Below, piece after piece: positions 53,144 through 64,000 of a DNA stretch of 64,000 nt. The notes beneath the pieces are model-generated. The model searched no databases. It was not told where the DNA came from and saw nothing but the letters and a program-made list of their open reading frames with translations. The stretch covers positions 48,112,001 through 48,176,000 of the forward strand of contig NC_043014.1 in assembly GCF_006345805.1 (NCBI RefSeq), in the 5' to 3' direction. Origin of the DNA: Octopus sinensis (Eukaryota). Position 1 is the stretch's first letter; the number at the start of each line of letters is the position of its first letter. The position numbers and the translations under genes were made by a program.

Positions 53144-56100
53144 CTGAAAAGAAATATCGTTTTTATTTGATTAGATTCATCTAGTTGTGTTGGTTGATTA
53201 GGGTGGCGAGCTGGTAGAACCGTTAGCACGCCGGGCGAAATGCATAGCCATATTTCGTTTGCCGCTACATTCTGAGTTCAAATTCTGCCGAGGTCAACTT
53301 TGCCTTTCATCCTTTCTGGGTCAATAAATTAAGTACCAGTTACGCACCGGGGTCGATGTAATCAACTTAATCCATTTGTCTGTCCTAGTCTGTCCCCTCT
53401 TATGTTTAGCCCCTTATAAAGAAACAGATTGGGATCAGGGTACTACAATAAACTACCTCTTATCAGATACTCTGTAGGAGCTCTGAAGCATCTGGTACCC
53501 ACCAAATTTTTTTTTAAATAAATAAAAACAATACTTCCCATGCAAGTACTGGTTCACTGGCTCTGAATGGTGGTTTTACCAACAGCTGCCAGGTACCAGC
53601 AGGGATCAGTTACTTACGTGTTGCATTCATACAGGTACAAAATAGAATTTCTGGAACCGTTGGTTCCAAAACATTATCATCATTGTTTAACGTACGCTTT
53701 CCATGCTAGCATGGGTTGGACGATTTGACTGAGGACTGGCGAACCAGATGGCTGCACCAGGCTCCAATCTTGATCTGGCAGAGTTTCTACAGCTGGATGC
53801 CCTTCCTAACGCCAACCACTCCGAGAATGTAGTGGGTGCTTTTACATGTCACCGGCATTAGGGCCAGTCTAGCGGTACTGGCAACGGCCACGAAAAAATC
53901 ATGTTTTTTTTATGTGCCACCTGTCCACTGACACAAGTGCCAGTAAGGCGGTGCTGGTAACAATCACGCTCGAATGGTGCTTTTTACGTGCCACTGGCAC
54001 AAACGCCAGTTAACCGCTAGCACCATTTTGAAGGGTTTTAGTCAAACAAATTGACCTCAGGAGGACTTTTTTTTTAAAGCCAAGTACTTATTTTATCAGT
54101 TCCTTTTGCCAAACTGCTAAGTTACAGCATCATAAACACACAAACACCAGTTGCCAAGCAATACTGGGAGAGGGGGACAAACACAGATACATATATATAC
54201 ACAACGGACTTTTTCCAGTTTCCATCTACCAAATCCACTCACAAGGCTTGGATCAGCCTGAGGCTAGAGTAGAAGATACTTGCCAATGTTGAGGGTACAA
54301 ATACAGACACATAAAGATACACACACACATAATATTTGATGGGCTTCTTTCAGTTTCCGTCTACCAAATCCACTCACAAGGCTTTGGTTGGCTCGAGACT
54401 ATAGTAGAAGACACTTGCCCAAGGTGTCACGCAGTGGGACAGAACCCGGAACCATGTGGTTGGTAAGTAAGCTACTTACCACACAGCCACTCCTGCAACT
54501 ATATTCAGTTTAGTGTGTAAAAAATTAAGCAGTGAAGCATATTAAAGTATTATTAAGTAATGTATATATTTTGTATTGGAAATAGAACATGTTGTTAATT
54601 AGAATAAAGAGAATTTGTAATAATGTGTGTTAATTGCTATTTAATGAAAGTCGCAACTATCCAAAATGGATTGTTGCTTCTTAAAGTACAATATTATATT
54701 TTATTTTACTGCAATTACAATACCTGAATGTTATTAGGTTAATAAAACTGGTTCTTTATTTAAATTATTTGTTTTCTTTTATTTTCTATCTCCCTCATTT
54801 TTACTGTATTCAGAATATTAATCCGTTTGTCTGTCCTCTCTGTGTTTAGCCACTTGTGGGTAGTAAAGAAATAGGTATTTTGTCTGTCTTTATGTATATG
54901 TGTATATATATGGTTTCACAGTAGTGTGGATTGCAATCAAACAAAAATATATAAAACTACTAAATAAACTAGAACAACATTGATTGAAAGCCTGCTTCTG
55001 TGTGAATGACAAGTCACACAGAAGCAGCTGTGAACACAGGACATTGTAAGTCTGTGTGTATATGTGAATTAGTGTCAGTGGCACAAAAAAAGCACCCAGT
55101 ACCCACTGTGAAGGGCATCCAGCTGTAAAAACCATTGCCAAAGCTGATGTGGAGCATGAAGCAGCCCTGTGGCTCATGTCAAACTATCCAACCATTGGCA
55201 GTATGGAAAATAAACACTAAATGATGATGATGATGATGATGATAAAAATGATCTGTGTCTCCTTATCTTGACAATTATAAAGAAGCTAATTGTGGTTGTT
55301 GGCAGTGCCATGTAAATGGCACCATGAGTCATGGTTGTTGCCAGTGCCACTCAAATGGCACCCATGAATCGTAGTCATAGCTGTTGGTGGTGCGATGCAA
55401 ATGGCACCCATGAATTGTAGTGGTGGTCATAAATGGTACACACCTGTGAATTGTAGTCATGGTTGTTGCCAGCGTTATGTAAATGGCACCCGTGCTGGTG
55501 GGATGTAAAAGTACCCATTACACTCCTGGAGTGGTTGGCATTAGGAAGGGCATCCAGCTGTAGAAACCATGCCAAATCAGGCAGGAACCTGATGCAGCCC
55601 TACAGTTCATCAGCTCCAGTCAAACCATCTAACCTATGCCATCATGGAGAGCGGATGCTAAATGATGATGATGAAGCTACACTGTCATACAAGGAGTTTC
55701 ATCTATTTCCAATCTTCTGTGAAAACATGTCTGACCATGGGGAAATATTACTTTGTTTGGAAACAGGTGAGGGTCGGCAACAAGAAGGGCATCCGGCTGT
55801 AGAAACTCGTCGTCGTCTTGTTTAACATCCATTTTCCATGCTAGCATGGGTTGGACGGTTCGACCGGGGTCTGGGAAGCCAGGAGGCTGCACCAGGCTCC
55901 AGTCTGATCTGGCAGTGTTTCTACGGCTGGATGCCCTTCCTAACGCCAACCACTCCATGAGTGTAGTGGATGCTTTTTAAGTGCCACCAGTACAGGTGCC
56001 AGGGTAGGCTGGCAACAGCCAAGATCGGTTGGTGGTTTTTATGTGCCACAGATGACTCCTTTGAGCTTCTGCCTACCAAATCCACACACAAGGCTTTTGT

Positions 56101-58044
56101 TAATCTGGAACTATAACACAAAACACTTCCCCAAGGTACCACAATGGGATTGATCCTGGAACCATGTGGTTGGGAAGCAAACTTTCTATCTACAGAAAAA
56201 TGACTGCAACTATGAACTCATGTATTTATAAATCATCATTGTTTAACGTCTGCTTTCCATGCTAGCATGGGTTGGACGATATGACTGAGGACTGGCGAAC
56301 CAGATGGCTGCACCAGGCTCCAATCTTGATCTGGCAGAGTTTCTACAACTTGATGCCCTTCCTAACGCCAACCACTCCGAGAGTGTAGTGGGTGCTTTTA
56401 AAGTGCCACTGGCACGAGGGCTAGTCTGGTGGTACTGGCAACAGCCACATCCGAAAATGGTGTTTTTTACGTGCCACCTGCACAGGAGTCAGTCGTGATG
56501 TGAAATGATGTTTCAGACGTCAGTATTGTAGTACAAAAACAAAGTGATTATTGTACTCTGTTTCAATATGACATCATTTACCAACCAGCTTTAACTTTAA
56601 ACTGTGATTAATATGCATCTGTTTAAAGGTCGATTTCTGGAGAAGAGGCTTGGTATTTCAACATTGTGTTTGTGTATTTATGTTGATATGGACAGAAATG
56701 TTGAGGGCAAATCTAACTGGGTTAACTATGTACTATTGACTGATGGTAGATAGGTTGGTTGATCAGGGGGTAGGTTTGGGAGAAAGTAGGGAGGAGTGTG
56801 TGGACAGGTAAGATAGAGAGGTGGGCAGGTAACTAGATGGGTATGGCAGATAGTAAGGTATGACAAGTTGACAGGCGGCAAGCTGGCAGAATTGTTAGCA
56901 TGCTGGACGAAATGCTTAGCTGTATTTCGTCTGTCTTTACGTTCTGAGTTCAAAATCCACCAAGGTCGACTTTGCCTCTCATCCTTTCGGGGGGTCGATA
57001 AATTAAGTACCAGTTACGCACTGGGGTCGATCTAATCGACTTAATCCGTTTGCCCTCTCTGTGTTTAGACCCTTGTGGATAGTAAAGAAATAGGTAAGAT
57101 AGAGAAGTGGGCAGGTAACTAGATAGGTATGGTAGATAGTAAGGTATGATAAGTCGACAGACAGGTAATTCAGTAGGTAAGTATGTAGTGTGTTTTTAAG
57201 TTAGCAGTTATGGTTGGGTCAAGCCAAGCTAAGGTGAACCCCAAGAGTCATTGCAGTGGAATTGAACCTATGACTCCCTAATTGAGAAATGAACCTTCTT
57301 ACTATTCAGCTCTGTTGTACACTTAATTATATATAGACGCACAAACATAAACAAGCCTTGTGAGTGTATTTGGTAGACGGAAATTGAAAGAAGTCCGTTG
57401 TATATATATATATATATGCGTGTGTGTGTTTGTGTGTCTGTGTTTGTCCCCCTAGCATTACTTGACAACCGATGCTGGTGTGTTTATGTCCCCGTTACTT
57501 AGCAGTTCGGCAAAAGAGACCGATAGAATAAGTACTGGGCTTACAAAAGAATAAGTCCCGGGGTCGAGTTGCTCGATTAAAGGCGCTGCTCCAGCATGGC
57601 CGCAGTCAATGACTGAAACAAGTAAAAGAGTAAAGAGAGTATATACATACAGAGGCATATGCACGTAGACATAGATACATCCACACACATATATATGCAT
57701 ACACAAAGAAACTGAAAGTAACCTGTCATATATGATATATCTATATGTAGGTGTGTATGTGTAGGTTTGTTTACTTTTGTAGTTCTATGAAAGCCACAAG
57801 CTATGATCAATGTTGTCACTTCTGTCAAGAAACCATCCATTCAGTTTAAGCTGTCAAAAACATGTGAAATAAGAGATCCAAGAAACAACAGGAATGGCAA
57901 CTGGTAGGTTTGGGAGAAAGTAGGGAGGAGTGTGTGGACAGGTAAGATAAAGAGGTGGGCTGGTAACTAGATAGGTATGGTAGATAGTAAGGTATGACAA
58001 GTGGACAGGCGGCAAGCTGGCAGAATCGTTAGCATGCTGGGCGA

Positions 58045-58310
58045 AATGCTTAAATGACATGTCTGTCTAACTGATGATAGCATGGGAAAACAGACAAAAA
58101 CACCCCAACCAAAAGAATACACAAACGCTCACGGGACTGCAGGTGGTTGGCCTGCGCCGATGGAAACGCGACTGGCTCGCTATCTCCAGTCAACTGGCGC
58201 AGGACCGTCGTGCGTGGGCTGCCATGGTTCACGATGCCTCAAGGGTGGTAGAAGAAGCCAACTCAACCCGCCCAGGGTGAATGTCGCCACAAGTAAGTAC
58301 AAATGCACAC
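58045..58310 (+). mobile_element. RTE-type LINE extreme 3' end
   Basis: LRRWKRDW...LAQDRRAWAAMVHDA...NSTRPG* followed by a short caagtaagtac tail. Confidence 0.6.
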
Positions 58311-58651
58311 ACAACATGGTTTATAGGCACGTCTGTGCCGGTGGCACGTAAAAAGCACCATCCGATCGTGGCCGTTGCCAGCCTCACCTGGCCCCCGTGC
58401 CAGTGGTACGTAAAAAGCACCATCCGACCGTGGCCGTTTGCCAGCCCCGTCTGGCACCTGTGCTGATGGTACACAAAAAGCACCCACTACACTCACGGAG
58501 TGGTTGGTGTTAGGAAGGGCATCCAGCTGTAGAAACACTGCCAGATCAGACTGGAGCCTGGTGCAGCCTTCTGGCTTCCCAGACCCCAGTTGAACCATCC
58601 AACCCATGCTAGCATGGAAAGCGGATGCTAAATGATGATGATGATGATGAT

Positions 58652-58830
58652 TTTAGCATGCAGTCTACTACAATCCACAGGCTATGCTAAATTTCATGAT
58701 TCAGGTTAGGGTTAGTGTTAGGATAATGTTTAAGGTTAGAATTTAGGACAAGGGCTAAAGTTAGGGTTAGAGTTAGACTGCATGCTAAAGTTTAAATAGC
58801 CAGGTAGACCACATGCTAAAGTGGTTCCTA
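58652..58830. mobile_element. Small element: inverted repeat enclosing a degenerate TTAGGG-like tract; second copy at 8266-8475
   Basis: tttagcatgcagtcta (58652-58667) / tagactgcatgctaaa (58774-58789), followed by a ~31-bp direct repeat of the right arm. Confidence 0.6.
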
Positions 58831-58991
58831 ATATTCTAGGGTGGAATTGAATCGATCAATGCTGTTGGTTCTAACATCACAAATGAATATTTTCTTAAAC
58901 AAACAACTTAGTACATTGTCAAACACTAAAATCTCGGAGTTTTCATATTAAAAACATTAATACCAAATAGCATAAAATTTAAACTCTATAT

Positions 58992-59063
58992 TCCTCGGTT
59001 GTATAGTGGTAAGTATCCCCGCCTGTCACACGGGAGACCGGGGCTCGATTCCCCGCCGGGGAG
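58992..59063 (+). tRNA. tRNA-Asp(GTC), probably degenerate or a pseudogene
   Basis: Perfect acceptor stem TCCTCGG/CCGGGGA, G73, anticodon loop CT-GTC-AC, and a T7 terminator at 59068. Non-canonical T9, a C-A mismatch in the anticodon stem and GGCTCGA in the T arm. Confidence 0.85.
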
Positions 59064-59454
59064 GCAATTTTTTTGGCGTGAGGAAGGGCATCCAGCTGTA
59101 GAAACTCTGCCAAATCAAGATAGGAGCCTGGTGCAGCCATCTGGTTTGCTAGCCCTCAGTCAAAATCGTCCAACCCATGTTAGCATGGAAAGCAGACGTT
59201 AAATGATGATGATGATGATGATGATAATGATGGGAGTAGTCTTGTAAAAAGTTGTATGTACATTATTACCTGACACCCAACTTTGTCTAAGTTATGATTT
59301 TTCAGGTGTTGCACCTTTTATGGGATTCATATTTTACCTCAAAATTATTAGAGTAAGTTATTATTAAGTCCTTTAACCCAAACAAAGTCATAATAATAAT
59401 ACAGCAGGAAGTTAACTTCAGCAGCTCATCTTGCTCCTCTTTATCCTATTCCTG

Positions 59455-59494
<40 letters not shown>

Positions 59495-59699
59495 GCACGC
59501 CAGGCGAAATGCGTAGCCGTATTTCGTCTGTCGTTACGTTCTGAGTTCAAATTACGCCAAGGTCGACTTTGCCTTTCATCCTTTTGGGGTCGATAAATAA
59601 AGTACCAGTTTCCAACTGGGGTTGATGTAATCGACTTAATCCCTATGTCTGGTCCTTGTTTGTCCCCTCTATGTTTAGCCCCTTGTGGGAAGTAAAGAA

Positions 59700-59890
59700 A
59701 TATATTATTATTATTATTATTACTATCATTATTATTATTACTATTATTATTAATATTACCATTATTATTATTATTACCATTATTATTATTATTATTATTA
59801 ATATTATTATTACTATTACTATTATTAATATTACTATTATTATTATTATTATTATTAATATTACTATTATTATTATTATTATTATTATTA
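59700..59890. repeat. (ATT)n microsatellite with ACT/ACC interruptions
   Basis: Direct reading. Confidence 0.95.
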
Positions 59891-60679
59891 TCAAGGTGGT
59901 GACTGGTAGAATTGTAACTACACTGGACAAAATGCTTAATGGCATATTCTGCGTTCCAATGCTATCAAAGTTGACTTGAACTTTCGTCCTTTTTGGGATC
60001 GATCAAATGAACACCAACTGAGCGCCGGGGTCAATGCAACCAACTCCCGACACGTCAAATTGCTGGCCTTGTGCCAAAGTCAGAAAATTATTAATAACTG
60101 TGGTTCAAGGGACGTAACTCTGAGAGTAGCGTCATTTTAGCTGTTGCAAGTCCTGGATTAAGCTGCTCTGTTGACTGACCTATAATCAACGACGTTCCAG
60201 CCATTACCACCCCATCTTTTATTCAGACAGTAAAGCTTGAACTACATCAATCAATGTGTCTTTCCCTTTTTATGAAGGTCAGAGTATGCAGTATGAGGGA
60301 GCTTTGGCTGCTAATGTTTTCTAGTGACAATAAAGAAAATAGACACAGGAGTGGTTGTGTGGTAAGAAGTCTGTCTCCCAATAACATGGTTCAAGGTTCA
60401 GTTTCATTCCGTGGCACCTTGGGCAAATGTCTTCTACAATAGCCCTGAACTGACCAAAACCTTGTGAGTGAATTTGGTAGGAGGAAACTGAAAGAAGCCT
60501 GTTGTATAATATATACATATATGTGGTGTGTGTGTTTGTCCCCCACTATTGCTTGATTACCAGTATTGGTTTGTTTAGGCCTCCATAACTTAGCGGTTCA
60601 GCAGAAGAGACTGATAGATTAAGTACAAGGGTTTAAAACAACAAACAAAAAGTACTGGGTTCGATTTGTTCAACTAAAC

Positions 60680-61075
60680 TTCGTCCCATGTTTTCCTGGG
60701 TCTACCTCTACCACAGATTCCCTCCACAGTTAAAGATTGGCACTTCTTTACACAGCTGTCCTCATCCATACACATCCCATAGCCATACCAGCGTAGTCAT
60801 CTCTCTTGCACATCACATCTGATGCCTCTTATGTCTAACTTTTATCTCAAGACACTTACACTCTGTCATACATGCACACTGACATTGCACATCCAGCGAA
60901 GCATACTGGCTTCATTCCTTTCAAGCCTACACATGTCCTTGACCATCATAGCCCATGTTTCACTGCCCTGCAGCATAGCTGTTTGCACACAAGCATCAAA
61001 CAATCTGCCTTTCACTCTGAGAGAGAGGCCCTTTGTTGCCAGCAGGAGAAGGAGCTCTCTGAACTTTGCCCAACC
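60680..61075 (-). mobile_element. RTE fragment, same family as 40627-41680
   Basis: WAKFRELLLLLATKGLSLRVKGRLFDACV...GSETWAM, near-identical peptide to the first copy. Confidence 0.85.
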
Positions 61076-61204
61076 TGAACTTATCTGTATGGTCAAGAAT
61101 CCTGCTTTGCAACCATGTGGTTTCACAGAGCAGCACCTTGTATATATATATATATATTCATATATATACACAAATGTAAAACTATGAAATGATAAGATAT
61201 TCAC

Positions 61205-61286
61205 CTGATTTTGTTGTGGGTCATATCCTCCATTTACATAACCAACACAAGGTTCACAAGCAATATGGCGTCTTAGGTTGACAGGA
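61205..61286 (-). CDS. ATP23: ATP23 exon
   Basis: ttccag/gtgaat boundaries; PVNLRRHIACEPCVGYVNGGYDPQQNQ. Confidence 0.9.
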
Positions 61287-61379
61287 CTGGAAATACAACA
61301 AGAAACATTTTCATTTCACAGAATAATTATATTTAAATAAAATAACATGATACTTATTGATCTATCTATCTATATATAT

Positions 61380-61575
61380 ATATATATAGTTAATCCAAAC
61401 ATGAAAACATAAAGAGAAAAGACAACAACACAAGGACGTGGAACAAATATAGTATTATTGGGTGCTCAGGAAGGAAGGGAAGAAGGAGGGTTTAACGTTT
61501 CGAGCGGAGCTCTTCGTCGGAAACATAGAAGGAAAGATCCAGAGAAAGGAAGACAGAGGAAAAAAATCGCCAATG
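61380..61575 (-). mobile_element. Penelope-like terminal fragment with minimal hammerhead (61487-61524)
   Basis: Minus strand gttt CCGACGA a gagc-tcc-gctc GAAA cg TT aaac. Overall resemblance to 20340-20500. Confidence 0.5.
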
Positions 61576-62107
61576 CACCCCGTCCAATGGATGGTGCTGA
61601 GTTGTCAAACATTTAAACCAAATTTTCTCAGAACAACTTGTCCGACCGTCCCATAGGCCTCCCCTTTAAGAAACACTGATTTAATCTAAATTTGAGACAC
61701 CAGCAAAAGACGGATTTCGACTGATGTACTTTCGTCCTTTTGGGGTCAATAAATAAAGTACCAGTTTCGCACTGTAATCGACCTAATCCCTTTGTCTGTC
61801 CCCTCTATGTTTAGCCCCTTGTGGGCAGTAAAGAAATATATATTGTCATACACATATGGATATACTTTCACATACCCTCTACACAAGCAAAGGTGACAAA
61901 CTGAAAGTAATTAAGAAAAATCACAAAACAGACACAAGACAATGACCTACAGACACGAAAGATTGGACATGTGGTTGGGGTAGGTTAATGAAAATGAACT
62001 GTTTACTAAAGTCCAGGGATGACAGCAGACACTTGACCTTGATCTTTGTGATCATAAATTATGTTATATTAATTAAATGAAATTGCCTGTAATAATGTTC
62101 ATCTTAC

Positions 62108-62153
62108 CAACCATGACGTTTCAAAGCTCTTAAAAGTAATTTCACCATAGGAT
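62108..62153 (-). CDS. ATP23: ATP23 46-nt exon
   Basis: tgtag/gtaaga boundaries; PMVKLLLRALKRHG(C). Confidence 0.88.
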
Positions 62154-62956
62154 CTACATTTAAAAGAGAAGAAAGAAAAAAACAAATGAATTTTTATACA
62201 AAATTGCTTTTCAGTCTGTTGGAAAATAATATCATGGTAGAATAATACAGTACATAGTGTAATAAAGGTTAATGGACAGGTTTGGAAAGACTAGAAAGGG
62301 AGTGGCAGAGAGTAATATTAAGCAGCTAAAAGAGAAGCTAGATGTAAGGTGTACTAAACAAAGGAAGAAGCAGAAAGTAAGTTTTGCATACATTCTGTGA
62401 AATTTCAAATTTCTCACCCTCATTTTAAATTTAAATTAATACATTCTCTAACTGGCAAAACCCACTGCAGTGAATTATTTTCTGCAATGTCATTTTTACT
62501 GGTAATTTAGCGTCCAAAACGAAGACATTTGAATAGTAACCACAAGTGTAATAGGTAGAACTATATACAGATTCGACTTTGTGCAGACGTCCTAGTATAT
62601 AGTTCTGCATATTATATTTATGTGGACGGTCACACCGAAGATCTACAGACATTTACGTAAGTAAAATTAAGTAATATGTTAATAGTGAAACATGTATGTG
62701 AAATAATCCATATTTTTAATGCTTTTCTTTTTTCTTGCTCAATAATGTTCTGGTTGTTTGCTAAATTTTTCTTGAGAACAGTTCTTAGTGTAAGACCATA
62801 GTGGATCAACTTCTAGCATAAGGGTCGTCCACATAGTGGTCATCCCTCTCATATGTATACAATAAAATTTTACTGAACCTTCAAATTTTTATATGCTAGA
62901 CCACTTGTGTGAAATTGATGTTAATTAAATTAATATCAAATTTCTCACCCTCATCT

Positions 62957-62997
<41 letters not shown>

Positions 62998-63948
62998 CGG
63001 AATTCTTCATTAAGCACGCCATTTAACCCCTCACGCCTTTTAATATTTTTGCGAAATTGTATTCTACAGACGGGAATTCATGCGATTATGCAAAAACAAA
63101 ACATAAAAAGGTTTTGGTGTGTGATCTAAGGGATATTCAACCGTTATTTTTAGCACATCTCACAACCACCTTATACCCTCCTCGTTTGTTTGTCAGTTTG
63201 GACGGCTCGAAGCTACAGTAGAAGACACTTGCCCAAAATGGCACTCATGGGGACTGAACCCGGAACCATATAGTTGGGAAGCAAGTCACTTACCACACAG
63301 CCACGCCTGCGCCTATAGTACATTTTGTTTATTTTCTTCGCCGCTACAGCATGGCCAACTGAACCAATGAATGAATGGAATCAATAAAAGAATAACGTTT
63401 GTATACAGATCGTTATTTTATCAATACTAAGTTCCAACATCGGTAGCCAAGCACAAAACTTTAGGGACAGGAAATTAGATTGAGTGCCCTTTCCCAAGGG
63501 CATTAGGGGTAAATGTGAAAGGAATTACTTTTATCCAGTTCATGGAATAGCGCTCTGATGAATTTTGTCACCCAATATTATTAGACCTTTATTTCTCAAA
63601 AAACTTTCACCCCCCATCTTCCATTCTTTGCTTTCTTTTAATACAATAAACGACATTACAGACCTTGTAAGACATATGTCGCAGAACAAAAGGTAAAAGT
63701 ACTTGGTATAACGAGACTTGAACATTAAAAGTTTAAAATCCCATTATTAAAGTCCCTAACGTCTTTGACAGACAATGACAAACTGTATGTGCTGCTTGGT
63801 CTTAAAAACATTGCACTATCGCGTCTCGTCAATGAACAAGGTCAACCCGGCATCGCATTCCTTCTTCGTTTAGTTTAATTTCATTTCACAAAACATTACT
63901 TAAGAAACATCAGAAATATCAGAGGAGTAGAAAATAATGAACACTCAC

Positions 63949-64000
63949 GATTTTCCACACACCATGTCACATTAGCCTCACACTTAAATTTCTTTCCTCG
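63949..64000 (-). CDS. ATP23: Mitochondrial inner membrane protease ATP23, partial upstream exon (cut by window edge)
   Basis: RGKKFKCEANVTWCVEN followed by a gtgagt donor at 63948. Phase 1 joins 62153 to give (H)PMVKLLL. Confidence 0.8.

Noticed and set aside
62431-62652. 73-aa ORF in an ATP23 intron
   Set aside because: No recognisable similarity, and not needed for the ATP23 frame.
63540-63725. ORF as ATP23 first exon or piggyBac fragment
   Set aside because: No in-phase donor or recognisable motif; the true upstream exon is at 63949-64000.

Overview
This is repeat-dense eukaryotic genomic DNA, most likely from an octopus or other coleoid cephalopod. That call is an inference from the AT/TA-microsatellite-rich composition, the SINE landscape and a COI NUMT with the AHMGPSVD motif. 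Three spliced genes could be assembled by hand with GT-AG junctions and consistent phases: the 3' half of TBC1D23 (+, six exons, 2493-15063), a complete DNAJB9/ERdj4 coding region (-, three coding exons, 31011-26678, 221 aa), and most of ATP23 (-, six exons, 64000-45382, HEXXH intact, 5' end outside the window). The rest is SINEs, RTE LINE fragments, a Tc1 remnant, MITEs, minisatellites, two degenerate tRNA genes and the NUMT. Most long ORFs in the supplied track are microsatellite artefacts. The most interesting signal is a set of seven dispersed type-I hammerhead-ribozyme-like motifs, probably Penelope-like or retrozyme termini. One has an intact core and lies in sense within a TBC1D23 intron, where a ~75-bp-arm foldback hairpin overlaps its catalytic core. 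All protein and family assignments are from recall and manual alignment; no database search was run.
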